A DNA stretch of 64,000 nt from an uncultured Thermoleophilia bacterium (GCA_963702475.1 CAVPCT010000002.1:128001-192000), one strand, 5' to 3'. Shown: positions 8,926 to 19,982, counted from the stretch's first letter. Notes: generated by a model not told the origin, from the sequence alone. A program made the numbers and translations.

Positions 8926-11253
8926 TGGCGCGCGGGGAAAGGCCGGCCGGACTTCGAGCACCCGCTGCTCGCCGGCCTCAACGACGAGCAGCGGGCCGCC
9001 GTCACCCACCTGGACGGCCCGCTGCTCATCCTCGCCGGCGCGGGCTCGGGCAAGACGCGCGTGCTCACGCACCGGGTGGCGTACCTCATCCAGGTGCACC
9101 ACGCGCGTCCCGATGAGATCCTCGCCATCACCTTCACCAACAAGGCCGCCGGCGAGATGAAGGAGCGCATCGAGGGCCTTGTGGGCGCCATCGCCCGCAC
9201 CATGTGGATCAGCACCTTCCACAGCATGTGCGCGCGGCTTCTGCGCCGCGAGGCGCCGCGCCTCGGCTTCAAGAGCAGCTTCACCATCCACGACGAGGAC
9301 GACCGGCGCCGGCTCCTCAAGCGCTGCCTGGAAGAGCTCGACCTCGACCCCAAGCGCTTTCCGCCGGAGTCGATCTCGCGCCAGATCAGCGACGCCAAGA
9401 ACCAGCTGCAGGGGCCCGCCCAGCTGCGGGAGAGGCTGGGCGGCGGCTTTCAGCAGGCGGTGGCCGACGTGTACGAGCTCTACGAGAAGCGGCACGCCGA
9501 GATGAACGCCATGGACTTCGACGACCTGCTCATGAAGACCGTCCAGCTGCTCGAGGGGTACCCCGACCGTCTGGCGCACTACCAGCGCGCCTTCCGCTAC
9601 GTGCTCATCGACGAGTACCAGGACACCAACCACGCCCAGTACCGTCTCGCCAACCTGCTCGCCGAGGCGCACCGCAACCTTGCCGTGGTGGGCGACGACG
9701 ACCAGAGCATCTACTCGTGGCGCGGGGCGGACATCCGCAACATCCTGGAGTTCGAGCGCGACTATCCGGAGGCCGAGATCATCCGGCTGGAGCAGAACTA
9801 CCGCAGCACGCAGTGCATCCTGAACGTAGCCAACGCCGTGGTCACCCACAACCGCAGGCGCAAAGGCAAGAACCTGTGGACGCCGCGGGGCCAGGGCGCG
9901 CTCGTGCAGGTGGTCGAGGTCAACGACGAGCGCGCCGAGGCGCAGTTCGTGGCCAGCGAGGTGCAGAAGCTGCTGGAGGGGGAGTGCGATGCCGACCGGC
10001 TCTACCGGCCGGACGAGATCGCCGTGCTGTATCGAACCAACGCGCAGTCGCGCGTGCTGGAGGAGCAGTTCGGGCGGTACGCCATCGCCTATCAGGTGAT
10101 CGGCGGGCCCAAGTTCTACGAGCGCGCCGAGATCCGCGACGCCATCGCCTATCTCACGGTGTTGACCAACCCGGACGACACCACGCGGCTGCTCCGCGTG
10201 GTCAACGCGCCCAAGCGCGGCATCGGCGCGACCAGCGTGCAGCGCCTGCAGGCGCACGCGGCCGGGATGGGGGAGAGCCTGTGGGACGCCATGCAGGAGC
10301 TGGACGACGTGCCCGGGCTCTCGGGCGGCGCGGTCAAGGGCCTGGAGGCCTTCGTCAAGCTCATCCGCAACCTCCAGGCCGGGCTGGACGGCCGTCCGGT
10401 GGCCGAGATCACGCGCAGCGTGCTGGAGGAGAGCGGCTACGAGGCGTTCCTCACGTCGCAGCGTACGCTCGAGGCCGAGGGCCGCCTTGAGAACCTCGAG
10501 GAGCTCGTGGGCGTGGCCGCCGAGTACGACAAGCGCGCCGATGAGCCCAGCCTCGACGGGTTCCTGCAGGAGATCAGCCTGTACGCCGACACCGACAACC
10601 TCGCCGACACCTCGTCCATGCTCACCCTGATGACGCTGCACAACGCGAAGGGCCTGGAGTTCCCCGTGGTGTTCATCGCCGGCATGGAGGAGGGGGTCTT
10701 TCCGCATCAGCGCTCGCTCGACGAGTCCAACGTCGAAGAGGAACGCAGGCTCGCCTATGTGGGCATCACCAGAGCCATGGACAGGCTGTATCTCGTCCAT
10801 GCGAGGGCGCGCATGCTGTGGGGCTCGTCGCAGTACAACATCCCGTCGCGCTTCCTCAGTGAGATCCCATCGGCCCTGTACCAGAAGCAGGTCGTGGGCG
10901 GCCGCCCGACGTCGGGGAGCGGCGGGGCCGGAGGCGGCTGGTCGGCGCGCGGCGACGACTTGGACGACGCCGGGGGACGGGGCGGCTACGGTGGCCGTCG
11001 CGACGACGACCTCGAGGGGTTCGGCACCGGACGCCGTATCACCGGTCTCGAGAAGAGGCCGGCGAAGGACCTCGGCGACGAGGTCGTCGAGAAGTACTTC
11101 TCACCCGGGGAGCGCGTGCTCCACGCCACGCTCGGCGAAGGCACCGTGCTGGCCGTGGAGGGCGGCGGCATCGTGCTCGTGCGCTTCGAGAACGACGGCT
11201 CAGAGCGCCGCCTCATGGCGAGCGTGGCGCCGCTGCGCAAGCTGCGCGGCTGA
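8925..11253 (+). CDS. pcrA: ATP-dependent DNA helicase PcrA/UvrD (start uncertain because of a nearby indel)
   Basis: LNDEQRAAV, AGAGSGKT, FTNKAA, DEYQDTN, GDDDQSIY, LEQNYRST, TLHNAKGLEFP, YVGITRA, C-terminal Tudor-like domain. Confidence 0.95.
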
Positions 11254-11256
11254 GCC

Positions 11257-11796
11257 TCAGGGGCCAGTGCCCCAGCCCTTCACCAGCCAACCACTCTCGG
11301 CCGAGGGCCTCAGCCACATGAACAGCGTGTGCTCTCCGGCGTCGCCCCACGGCGTCGGTGACGCCCCGGCGGCGACGGGCTCGATGTAGACCTGTACCTG
11401 GACGAGCACTTCACCCGTCTCGTCGGACGGCTCATCCACGTGGTCGACGGCCACCAGGCGTGCCGCGGCGATGTCGTCGGTGGCCGCGGTGGCGCTGGGC
11501 GGCTCGCCCGGGACGCCGGCCGCCGCGACCGCGTCGTAGTCGCCGCTGTCGATGAGCTGCCAGTATGCCGCGGCGGCCTGCGCGGCTGTGCCTTCGAGCG
11601 GCCGGGAGCCGGCAACGGCGCTCGGCCGGGACGAGGACGAGGCCGCGTCTGTGCCGGCCGCGGAGGTGCCGCAGCCGCCCAGGAGGAGGGCGGCGACGCA
11701 CGCCGCGAGGGCCCCGGCCGCGATCCCGGTGAGGAGCGACACCGGATGCGGCACCACCCAGGTCCGCCTGGATCGAACACCAGCCAGCTTCCGCAT
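11257..11796 (-). CDS. DUF4829/NTF2-like lipoprotein
   Basis: Hydrophobic stretch with lipobox LLGGC, Ser-rich linker, C-terminal TLFMWLR...WLVKGWGTGP. Confidence 0.6.
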   Translation of the reverse strand: MRKLAGVRSRRTWVVPHPVSLLTGIAAGALAACVAALLLGGCGTSAAGTDAASSSSRPSAVAGSRPLEGTAAQAAAAYWQLIDSGDYDAVAAAGVPGEPPSATAATDDIAAARLVAVDHVDEPSDETGEVLVQVQVYIEPVAAGASPTPWGDAGEHTLFMWLRPSAESGWLVKGWGTGP

Positions 11797-11922
11797 GGCC
11801 GCCCCTCTCGTCGCCGTCCCTTTCGACCCTCAGGGGACCACGTCGCGAGCGTCCTGTACAGGATGACAATGGCTCCTGCGGTAGAGTTCGCGGGAGTGTC
11901 AACCCCGGCAAGGGAGGTCCCC

Positions 11923-12705
11923 ATGGCCGTGCACGTGTCCCGCGACGAGGCCGTCGCCGTCGTCACCGTCGACCGCCCCGAGGCGCTCAACGCGCTCGAC
12001 GGCGAGACCGTCGCGTCGTTGCGCGCGGCGGTCGACAGGCTCTCCGCCGATGCCTCGGTGCGCGCCGTCGTGCTCACCGGCGGCGGGGAGTCCTCCTTCG
12101 TGGCCGGTGCGGACATCCCCGAGATGAGCGCGCTCACCGCCGAGCAGGCGCGGCAGTTCTCGGCCCGAGGGCAGGCGCTCATGAGTGCCATCGAGGCGGC
12201 GCCCCAGCCGTGGATCGCCGCCGTCAACGGCTACGCCCTCGGCGGCGGCTGCGAGCTGGCCCTGGCCTGCGACGTGCGGCTCGCGGCGGAGAACGCCAAG
12301 TTCGGCCAGCCCGAGATCGGCTTGGCCATCACGCCCGGCTTCGGCGGCACGCAGCGCCTGTCGCGCAACGTCGGCTCGGGGTGGGCCAGGTACCTGGTGC
12401 TCAGCGGCCGCATCATCCGCGCCGAGGAGGCCCTGCGCATCGGGCTCGTCCAGGCTGTGTTCCCCAGGGACGAGCTGCGCAGGGAGGCGCTCCAGCTGGC
12501 CGCCGAGATGGCCGCCAAGAGCTCGCTGGCCATGCGCCACTGCAAGGCCGCTGTGACGGCCGCGGAGGCCACCGATCCGGCGACCGGCCAGGGCATCGAG
12601 CAGTACCTGTTCTCGCTGTGCTTCGCCGGCGACGACCAGCGCGAGGGCATGGCGGCGTTCCTCGAGAAGCGCTCGCCGAGCTACACGAGCCACGGCGAGG
12701 CGTGA
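11923..12705 (+). CDS. Enoyl-CoA hydratase (crotonase family)
   Basis: RPEALNAL, FVAGADI, AVNGYALGGGCELALACD, FGQPEIGL.ITPGFGGTQRL; RBS GGGAGG. Confidence 0.93.
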   Translation: MAVHVSRDEAVAVVTVDRPEALNALDGETVASLRAAVDRLSADASVRAVVLTGGGESSFVAGADIPEMSALTAEQARQFSARGQALMSAIEAAPQPWIAAVNGYALGGGCELALACDVRLAAENAKFGQPEIGLAITPGFGGTQRLSRNVGSGWARYLVLSGRIIRAEEALRIGLVQAVFPRDELRREALQLAAEMAAKSSLAMRHCKAAVTAAEATDPATGQGIEQYLFSLCFAGDDQREGMAAFLEKRSPSYTSHGEA

Positions 12706-12804
12706 GGAACGCCGCCGCGGGCCGGCCGACTCGTGTGGCGCCTGACCCCGGGCGGCCCCGGAGCGGCTTCCGTCGGACCAGACGCCTGAGCTGGCTGCGC
12801 CGCC

Positions 12805-13644
12805 TCAGCCTCCGACGCACGCGAGAAGCCGGGCCAGCACCTCCGTGACACCGGGCGTGGCTCTCACGCGCACGTCGGCCTCGTCGAGGACGCTGCGCGG
12901 CGTCTCCGCCGTGACGGCCACCACGGCGCAGGCGGTGCGGCGCGCGTCGTGCTCCGCCCAGGTGCGCAGCGCGCGGAAGGCCGTCACATCGGTGAGGTCG
13001 TCGCCGCACATCAGGGCCTCCGCGGCGTCCGCCGCCCCGAGCAGCTGCCGCACGGCCGTGCCTTTGGAGAACGGGAGCGGAGGCTTGACCTCGAAGGCGA
13101 AATGGCCCGTCCCTATGGCCAGGCCCCGCGCCCGCGCCGGTTCGACCACGTGGGTGAGGATGGCGTGGCGGGTGGCGGCGGGGTCCGCGGCCAGGCGGTA
13201 GTGGATGGCCAGCACGACCCGTTTGTCTTCGAGCACGATCCCCAGTGCCTCGCAGTCCAGGTCGCGGGCGGCCTGCGCGGCGACCGCGCGGATCTCCGCC
13301 ACGTAGCGCTCGGCCTGAGGCTCGGTGAGCAGGGAGCCGCCGGCCGTGCGGACCTCCAGGCCGTGCGTGCCGACGTAGGCGGCACCGGGCACGTCGATCA
13401 TGCGCCGCCCGTCCTCCAGCGCCCGCCCGGTGACGAACGCGACCAGGCCGAGCCGCCGGGCGAGCCCTGCAAGCAGGTCGCGGGTCTCGTCCGGCACGAC
13501 CGCCTCCGCAGGGGTGGGGGCTATGGGCGAGAGGGTCCCGTCGATGTCGCAGAACAGGGCGCCCCGCGCGGGCGCCGCCGCGAAGGCGGCCAGGCAGGCG
13601 TCGAGCGCCCGTTCTCCCTCGATGATCGTGTGGTGGTCGCCCAT
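12805..13644 (-). CDS. otsB: Trehalose-6-phosphate phosphatase (HAD family)
   Basis: DIDGTLSPI, VTGR, GTHGLE, EDK...IHYR, KGTAV, GDDLTD. Confidence 0.9.
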   Translation of the reverse strand: MGDHHTIIEGERALDACLAAFAAAPARGALFCDIDGTLSPIAPTPAEAVVPDETRDLLAGLARRLGLVAFVTGRALEDGRRMIDVPGAAYVGTHGLEVRTAGGSLLTEPQAERYVAEIRAVAAQAARDLDCEALGIVLEDKRVVLAIHYRLAADPAATRHAILTHVVEPARARGLAIGTGHFAFEVKPPLPFSKGTAVRQLLGAADAAEALMCGDDLTDVTAFRALRTWAEHDARRTACAVVAVTAETPRSVLDEADVRVRATPGVTEVLARLLACVGG

Positions 13645-13779
13645 GTGCGCTCCTCGCTTCCGGGGCCAAGCCTACCGAACACGGCGGCGACGGCCAACGG
13701 GCGCCGCTGCACTGCCCCCGGCGTCGTAGCTGCGCGCGGCGTCAAGTTCCCGCAGGCGCTGCCGATACGGGTCAGGGAC

Positions 13780-14439
13780 ATGCCTCACACCGACGACACC
13801 AGCCGCAGCGCCGCACGCACGGAGGCCGCGCCGCGCCTGCGCAGGGGGCGCGAGACGCGCGGCGATCCCTACCTCAAGTCCATGCTCCTGGGGTTGATCG
13901 AGGACAGCTATCTGCACACGGGCACGTTCACCCAGTTCGCCGCCGAAGTGCTCCAGGTGCTGGCGTACGCCGTCACCGTGCCGGTGGCGTTCACCGAGGG
14001 CTTCCTGCGCGCGTACCTCAGTATCGACCGGGTCGTGGAGGACGACGAGGGTCGCATCGTCATCGTGCCCAAGAAGGGCGCGAGCATCGAAGACCTCATC
14101 CGTGACGTGGACGAGATCACCGCCCAGGTGGAGCCCGGCGCCGTGTTCAATCCCGTGGTGCGTGCCCGTCTCGACGCGGTGCACCAGGTCTCCAGCAAGG
14201 CGATGAAGTGGGACATCGACACACTCTCTCGCATGGACGACGAGCAGCTCATGGACGTGCTCCGCGAGATGCAGGCGGAGTCGGAGCGTCTGGCCGCCGA
14301 GGCCGGGGCGCCCTCGGACGACGAGGCCACCGACGCCGTGCGCGCCAAGCTGGCGGCGATCCGCCGCAACGTGGGTCGCTTCCAGGCGCAGCAGAAGGCC
14401 GGGCAGGTACCGGGCGAAACGGAGTCCCGGCCCGGGTGA
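13780..14439 (+). CDS. Hypothetical protein (219 aa) with a helical/coiled-coil C-terminus
   Basis: Clean GC3-biased ORF divergent from otsB; no family recognised. Confidence 0.7.
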   Translation: MPHTDDTSRSAARTEAAPRLRRGRETRGDPYLKSMLLGLIEDSYLHTGTFTQFAAEVLQVLAYAVTVPVAFTEGFLRAYLSIDRVVEDDEGRIVIVPKKGASIEDLIRDVDEITAQVEPGAVFNPVVRARLDAVHQVSSKAMKWDIDTLSRMDDEQLMDVLREMQAESERLAAEAGAPSDDEATDAVRAKLAAIRRNVGRFQAQQKAGQVPGETESRPG

Positions 14440-14555
14440 CGTCCGGCCGGCCACCTCACGCTCGCTTGCGCGCCGCCGCGCCTCCGACGCCTTCCGGCCG
14501 CTTCGAGTAGGATAGGGCTCGGCCTCGAAAGGGGCAGGGCCCCGGGAGTCGTCGG

Positions 14556-15470
14556 ATGTCTCATTTCTCAGACAGACTGGCAGTCGCCGTCCGCGAACGG
14601 CGCAGCGTCGTGTGCGTCGGGCTCGACCCCGTCCTCGAGCGCATGCCCCCGCGCCTCGTCGAGACGTACCGCGCGCAGGCCGGCGACCTCGGCGACGACG
14701 GCGCCGTGGCGGCCTGTTTCGAGCGGTTCTGCGCCGACATCATCGATGCGGTCGCGGAGAGCGCCGCCTGCGTGAAGCCTCAAGCGGCGTTCTTCGAGCA
14801 GTACGGCGCGGCGGGTTGGGCGGCGCTCACCTCCGTCGTCAGGTGCGCACACGAGTACGAGCTGCCCGTGATCCTCGACGTGAAGCGTGGCGACATCTCG
14901 TCGACGGGCGCCGCGTACGGCCTGGCGGCTTTCGGCGGCGCCCCGGGCTTCAACGGCCCCGTCGCCGGTGTCGGCGCCGACGCGCTCACCGCCAGCCCGT
15001 ACCTCGGCGACGACTCGCTCGAGCCGCTGGTCCGCCACTGCGCCGGTGGCAAGGGCGTCTTCGTCCTCACGCGCACGAGCAATCCCGGCGCGGCGCTGCT
15101 GCAGGAGCGCGAGGTCGATGGCCGGCCTCTCTACCTGCACGTCGCCGCACTCGTCGAGCGGCTCGGCGCCGAGCATATCGGCGACTACGGCTACAGCGAC
15201 GTGGGGGCCGTGGCCGGCGCCACCGCGCCGGCCCAGCTGCTGGCGGTCCGCGAGGCGCTGCCGCACGCCTACCTGCTTGTCCCCGGCTACGGAGCTCAAG
15301 GCGCCGGCCCGGAAGCCCTGCGCGGCATCGCCGCCGGGGAGGCGGCGGGGTTCGTGGTCAACGCCTCCCGGTCCATCATCTTCGCCTGGCAGGACGGCTC
15401 CTCCGATCACAAGAGGGCTGCCGTCCGCGCCGCCGAATCTATGCGCAGCGACCTCGCATCTATCCTTTGA
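14556..15470 (+). CDS. pyrF: Orotidine-5'-phosphate decarboxylase (type 2)
   Basis: CVGLDP, KPQAAFFE, DVKRGDISST, RTSNPG, LVPGYGAQG, NASRSI. Confidence 0.95.
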   Translation: MSHFSDRLAVAVRERRSVVCVGLDPVLERMPPRLVETYRAQAGDLGDDGAVAACFERFCADIIDAVAESAACVKPQAAFFEQYGAAGWAALTSVVRCAHEYELPVILDVKRGDISSTGAAYGLAAFGGAPGFNGPVAGVGADALTASPYLGDDSLEPLVRHCAGGKGVFVLTRTSNPGAALLQEREVDGRPLYLHVAALVERLGAEHIGDYGYSDVGAVAGATAPAQLLAVREALPHAYLLVPGYGAQGAGPEALRGIAAGEAAGFVVNASRSIIFAWQDGSSDHKRAAVRAAESMRSDLASIL

Positions 15471-16069
15471 GCGACTACGGACACCCGGACGACCCGCCTC
15501 GTCGCCGGTACTCGGCGGACGAACAGCCGTCGCCGTACGACGCCCTCGGGCCGCCTCCGGACGACGACCCCATGGCGGCTCTCGAGCAACGCCTGCAGAA
15601 CATGGCACCCGCTGCGCCTGCGCCGCAGGCGCCGCCCCCTGCGCAGAGCGCGCCACTCGTCCCGGCGGCGTCCCGGCCGCGGGAACGCTCGCGCGGGCGG
15701 CCGCGGCCGGCGGGCGCGCGCCGTCGCCGCGGCTCCCTGGTGGCGCGCATCGCCGCGCCGGTCGTGTTCCTCTTCGCGGTCATCGCGTTCGTCGCGCTGG
15801 TCTACGAGTCGGGCATCATCGGCGGCACCGACGAGTCGCCGACCGCCTCGCCCACACCCGTTGCCACCAAGGGCACCAAGACCGACGGGCAGACCACCAC
15901 CATCGCCATCAAGAAGTACACGGTGAAGGAGGGCGATACGCTGTCGGGCATCGCGGTCAAGTACGACACCACCGTGAACACCATCCTGGACCTCAACCCC
16001 GACCTCAGCACGAGTACCCTCGTGGTGGGCACCAGGATCAAGGTGCCCAAGCCTTCCCCCAGCCCCTGA
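15467..16069 (+). CDS. Single-pass membrane protein with a C-terminal LysM domain
   Basis: Pro-rich N-terminus, TM (IAAPVVFLFAVIAFVALV), YTVKEGDTLSGIA...LNP...LVVGTRIKVP. TTG start overlapping the pyrF stop is inferred. Confidence 0.85.
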   Translation: MSDYGHPDDPPRRRYSADEQPSPYDALGPPPDDDPMAALEQRLQNMAPAAPAPQAPPPAQSAPLVPAASRPRERSRGRPRPAGARRRRGSLVARIAAPVVFLFAVIAFVALVYESGIIGGTDESPTASPTPVATKGTKTDGQTTTIAIKKYTVKEGDTLSGIAVKYDTTVNTILDLNPDLSTSTLVVGTRIKVPKPSPSP

Positions 16070-16335
16070 CGCCCGCCCGCCGGCGGTAGCCGGCCGCGCT
16101 GGCCACCTCACCCGGCCGGCCGCTGCGTCGCCCGCGCGGCGGGCATCGTCGCGCACGGCCCGCCGCTCCTCGTCGACTTCCTCCGTGCGCTTCCACGCGC
16201 CCCGTCAGCTGAGTGGCGCACGCCGGCCGCGGGCGCCGTCACCTCTCCCGCCCCGATGCCGGTCCTCGTTCCGGCGCATACCTGCGGGTGCCGGGCCCGG
16301 CGCGTCCTCGCGCCGACTGCACCGCACCACACCGT

Positions 16336-16416
16336 GTGGGGGACCAGGGGACGACAAGTGGGGAAAGAATCCTTCAAAGTGTTGCAATGTGGGGAGAAGT
16401 GGGGTACGGTGGCGCC
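16336..16416 (+). promoter_or_regulatory. dcw (mraZ) promoter with MraZ-binding GTGGG repeats
   Basis: TTGCAA (16382-87), 17 bp, TACGGT (16405-10). GTGGGG/GTGGGG/GTGGCG at 16389, 16399, 16409 (10-bp period); further copies at 16336 and 16358. Confidence 0.8.
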
Positions 16417-16854
16417 ATGCAGCGGCCGATCCTCGTGGGGGAGTACGAGTTGACGCTCGACGCGAAGAACCGCGTCGCCGTCCCCGCACGTCTGCGCGGG
16501 CCGTTCATGGAAGGCATCTACCTGGCCAAAGAGCCGGAGCCGTGTCTAGGGGGGTGGAGCCCGGACGACTTCGCCAACCGCCTCGACGAGGACACGGCGG
16601 CCACACAGCCGGGCAGCGCCGCGCGACGCGACATCAAGCGCCAGCTGGCCGCGAACGCCGTGTTCCTGGAGCTCGACCGTCAAGGGCGCGTGACCCTGCC
16701 CGCCAAGCACTTGGACTACGCCGGCGTGACCCATGACGTCACCGTCATCGGCGCGCAGGACCATCTCGAGATCTGGGACCGCGCCCGCTGGGCGCGCCAC
16801 CTGGCCCGCCTGGAGGAGGAGGCCGATGCTACCGCAGCTGAGCATGCGACTTGA
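16417..16854 (+). CDS. mraZ: Division/cell wall cluster regulator MraZ
   Basis: [37 protein letters not shown]; first gene of the dcw cluster. Confidence 0.95.
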   Translation: MQRPILVGEYELTLDAKNRVAVPARLRGPFMEGIYLAKEPEPCLGGWSPDDFANRLDEDTAATQPGSAARRDIKRQLAANAVFLELDRQGRVTLPAKHLDYAGVTHDVTVIGAQDHLEIWDRARWARHLARLEEEADATAAEHAT

Positions 16855-17791
16855 TGAGTACGAGATGGCCCTCGCTCACACCCCGGTCCTCCTCGACGAG
16901 CTGCTCGAACTGCTGCGGCCGGCTCGGGGCGAGGTGGCCGTGGACTGTACGTTCGGGGCCGGCGGGCACGCCGAGGCCGTGGCCGCGCAGCTGGGCGCCA
17001 GAGGTCGTCTGATCGTGGTCGATCGCGACCCGAGTGTCGCGGAGTATCGTGCGCGACGTGGCGCGCGAGGCGCCGTGCCCGATGGAGCTGTACCAGGGCA
17101 ACTTCTCCGAGGTGCTCGCCGACATGGCGGACGCCTCGGCCGACCTGGTCTACATGGACCTGGGCGTGTCGTCCATGCAGCTCGACCGCCGTGAACGCGG
17201 CTTCTCCTACGCCTACGACGCGCCGCTGGACATGCGTATGGACCCGGACCTGGAGGTCACGGCGGCCGACCTGGTCAACACGCTGCCCGAAGGCGAGCTG
17301 GCCGACATCTTCCGCCGCTACGGCGAGGAACGGTATGCCAAGGGCATCGCCCGCGGCATCGTGCTGACGCGCCAGAAGACCCCGTTCACCACCACGTGCG
17401 AGCTCGTCGAGGTCATCAAGCGCAACATCCCCACCCCTGCCCGCTTCGGCGCCGGCAATCCCGCGCGTCGCGTCTTCCAGGCGCTGCGCATCGTCGTCAA
17501 CGACGAGCTCCAGTCGCTGGCCCGAGGCCTCGACGAGGCATATCGCGTGCTGCGTCCGGGCGGGCGCCTGGCGGCGATCAGCTTCCACTCGCTCGAGGAC
17601 CGCATGGTCAAGGAGTTCCTCAAGGGTCACGCCGCCGGCTGCATCTGCCCGCCGGGCTGCCCCAGTGCGTGTGCGGTCACGAGCCTACGCTGCGCGTGCT
17701 CACGCGCCGGCCGGTCACGCCGCGGCAGCGCGAGGTCGAGCAGAACCCGCGCAGCAAGTCCGCCAAGCTCCGCGTCGCCGTCAAGCTCTAG
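16844..17791 (+). CDS. rsmH: 16S rRNA m4C1402 methyltransferase; two apparent frameshifts (~17048, ~17655)
   Basis: [15 protein letters not shown] | [31 protein letters not shown] | [10 protein letters not shown], spread over three ORFs. Confidence 0.93.
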
Positions 17792-17799
17792 GAGCCGGC

Positions 17800-18219
17800 A
17801 TGGCGGCGACCGCACAGGCGCGGCGGGGCGCAGCGGCGCCGCGCCGGGATGAGGAGCACGAGCGTTACGAGGCGCAGGCTGCCCAGCGGCGCGCGCCCCG
17901 CTCGCGCCGGCGCGCCGCCCAGCGCGCCCGCTTCACGCGCGCGTTCGTCCTGTTCGTGTGCTGTCTCACGCTGCTGGCCGTGGGCCGCGTCGCGCTCAGC
18001 TTCGCCGTCGTGCAGAAGACCATCGAGACCGACGCGATCGCCCGGGAGCAGCGCGCCGTGACGGCTGAGAACGCGCAGCTCGCGGAAGACCTCGCCCAGC
18101 TCGGATCCACGGTCCGTATCCGCCACATCGCCGAGAACCAGCTCGGCCTCGTGGACGCCGATCACGTCCGGTATCTCCGCGTGCACCTTCCTGCCGACAA
18201 GGCGGCCACGAGGCCCTGA
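17800..18219 (+). CDS. ftsL: Cell division protein FtsL
   Basis: Basic N-terminus, TM, coiled coil, IRHIAENQLGL; lies between rsmH and ftsI. Confidence 0.8.
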   Translation: MAATAQARRGAAAPRRDEEHERYEAQAAQRRAPRSRRRAAQRARFTRAFVLFVCCLTLLAVGRVALSFAVVQKTIETDAIAREQRAVTAENAQLAEDLAQLGSTVRIRHIAENQLGLVDADHVRYLRVHLPADKAATRP

Positions 18220-19982
18220 TGGCGGCCTCCCAGCCAGGACGGCGTCGCGCGACCCGCAGGCGCGGCGGCGCCCTGCGCTCGCTCTCCCGGGCCGCCGGCC
18301 GCGGCGGCGGCGTCGCCGGGGGCCGCGGTGTGGACGGCCGCATCCGTCTGCTCCGCTTCCTCTTCATCGTGTTCCTCGTGCTCGTCGGCGGCAGGGCCGT
18401 GGCGCTCGCCTCGTCCTCGCAGCACCTCACGCAGATCGCCCTTTCACAGCAGACGGCGACCGTCGTATTGCCGGCCCACCGCGGCGCGATCCTCGACCGC
18501 AACGGCCGCGAACTCGCCGTCGGCAAGCCGGCCAAGACCGTGTTCGCCACCCCGTACCTGCTCGACGAACCGCGTGCCGCGGCCAAACAGCTGTGGCGGG
18601 TGCTCCACATCCGCCGCCACAAGGACCGTCTCAAGCTGCGCAAGGCTCTGGAGGACAAGGAGAGCGGGTTCGCCTACGTGGCCCGCAAGGTCGACCCGGC
18701 CCTCGCCAAGGCGGCCCTGGCGCTCGACATCCCCGGGGTGGGCGCGTACGACGAGGAGGAACGCGCCTATCCCGATGCGAGGCTCCGCCGGGCAGGTGCT
18801 GGGGTTCGTCGGGGTCGACGGCAACGGGCTCGAGGGGTTGGAGAAAGTCTACGAGGACGCCCTGGCCGGGGAGGCCGGCAGCGAGACCATCGTGCGGGAC
18901 CCCGCGGGGCGCACGCTCAAGACGGTCGCGCACAAGGAGCCCACCACCGGGGCCGACGTGCGCCTCACCCTGGACGAGACCATCCAGTACGCAGCGGAGG
19001 ACGTGCTCAAGTCCACTCTCCGCAGCAGCGGCGCCAAAGCAGCCGTAGCCATCGTCATGGACCCCCGCAGCGGCGAGGTCCTGGCCATGGCCAATGCGCC
19101 GGCGCTCAAGGGCGACGTCTTCAACGCCGACGCCGACGTCATGCGCAACCGCTGCGTCACCGACATCTACGAGCCGGGTTCCATCTTCAAGTTGGTGACC
19201 ATCTCGGGGGCCCTTGCGGACGGGGTCGTCACGACGAAGGACACGTTCACGCTGCCCCCGTCACTCACGCTGTACGACCGCACCATCCACGAATCCCACG
19301 AGCGCGGCACCGTCACCTACTCGGTACGCGAGATCCTGAAGTGGTCGAGCAACGTGGGCGCCGTGAAGATCGGCATGAAGATGGGCAAGGAGAAGCTCCT
19401 GAAGTGGATGCGCAGGTTCGGCTTCGGCGAGCCCACCGGCCTGGACTTCCCCGGGGAGGGGGCGGCCTCGTCCCGGCGGCCGAGCTGTGGTCCGGCACCT
19501 CCATCGTCAACATCCCCATGGGGCAGGGCATCGCCGTGACCCCCATCCAGATGGTTGTTGCGTTCTCCACGGTGGCCAACAACGGCGTGCAGGTCACGCC
19601 GCAGCTTGTCGCGCAGGTGGGAGGCGCTGTGGCGGAGGCTCCGACTGAGCGGCGCGTCATCCCGGCCAAGGTGGCGCGCCAGGTCCGCTCCATGCTCGCC
19701 ACGGCGGTCGAAGAGGGCACCGGCACCAAGGCTCAGATCCCCGGCTACGAGGTGGCCGGCAAGACGGGCACGGCCGAGAAGCCGCTGCCCAACGGCGGCG
19801 GGTACTCCAAGACCGACTACGTGGCGTCGTTCGTCGGCATGGTGCCGGCCGACCACCCGCGTCTCGTGGTGCTCGTGGCCGTGGATTCGCCGCGCTCGTC
19901 CATCTACGGCGGCGACATCGCCGCGCCCGCCGTGCAGAAGATCATGCGCTTCTCGCTGCAGCACCTGGAGATCGCCCCGTGA
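18219..19982 (+). CDS. ftsI: Class B PBP FtsI; compensating +1/-1 indels (~18772, ~19460)
   Basis: RGAILDRNG and KTGTA are in the 18219 frame; YEPGSIFK (SxxK) and SSN (SxN) are in the 18328 frame. Confidence 0.93.
   Translation: MAASQPGRRRATRRRGGALRSLSRAAGRGGGVAGGRGVDGRIRLLRFLFIVFLVLVGGRAVALASSSQHLTQIALSQQTATVVLPAHRGAILDRNGRELAVGKPAKTVFATPYLLDEPRAAAKQLWRVLHIRRHKDRLKLRKALEDKESGFAYVARKVDPALAKAALALDIPGVGAYDEEERAYPDARLRRAGAGVRRGRRQRARGVGESLRGRPGRGGRQRDHRAGPRGAHAQDGRAQGAHHRGRRAPHPGRDHPVRSGGRAQVHSPQQRRQSSRSHRHGPPQRRGPGHGQCAGAQGRRLQRRRRRHAQPLRHRHLRAGFHLQVGDHLGGPCGRGRHDEGHVHAAPVTHAVRPHHPRIPRARHRHLLGTRDPEVVEQRGRREDRHEDGQGEAPEVDAQVRLRRAHRPGLPRGGGGLVPAAELWSGTSIVNIPMGQGIAVTPIQMVVAFSTVANNGVQVTPQLVAQVGGAVAEAPTERRVIPAKVARQVRSMLATAVEEGTGTKAQIPGYEVAGKTGTAEKPLPNGGGYSKTDYVASFVGMVPADHPRLVVLVAVDSPRSSIYGGDIAAPAVQKIMRFSLQHLEIAP

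Noticed and set aside
16844-19982. Programmed frameshifting or phase variation of rsmH/ftsI
   Set aside because: No slippery heptamers or long tracts; the indels cluster with others in the first 20 kb, so assembly error is more parsimonious.
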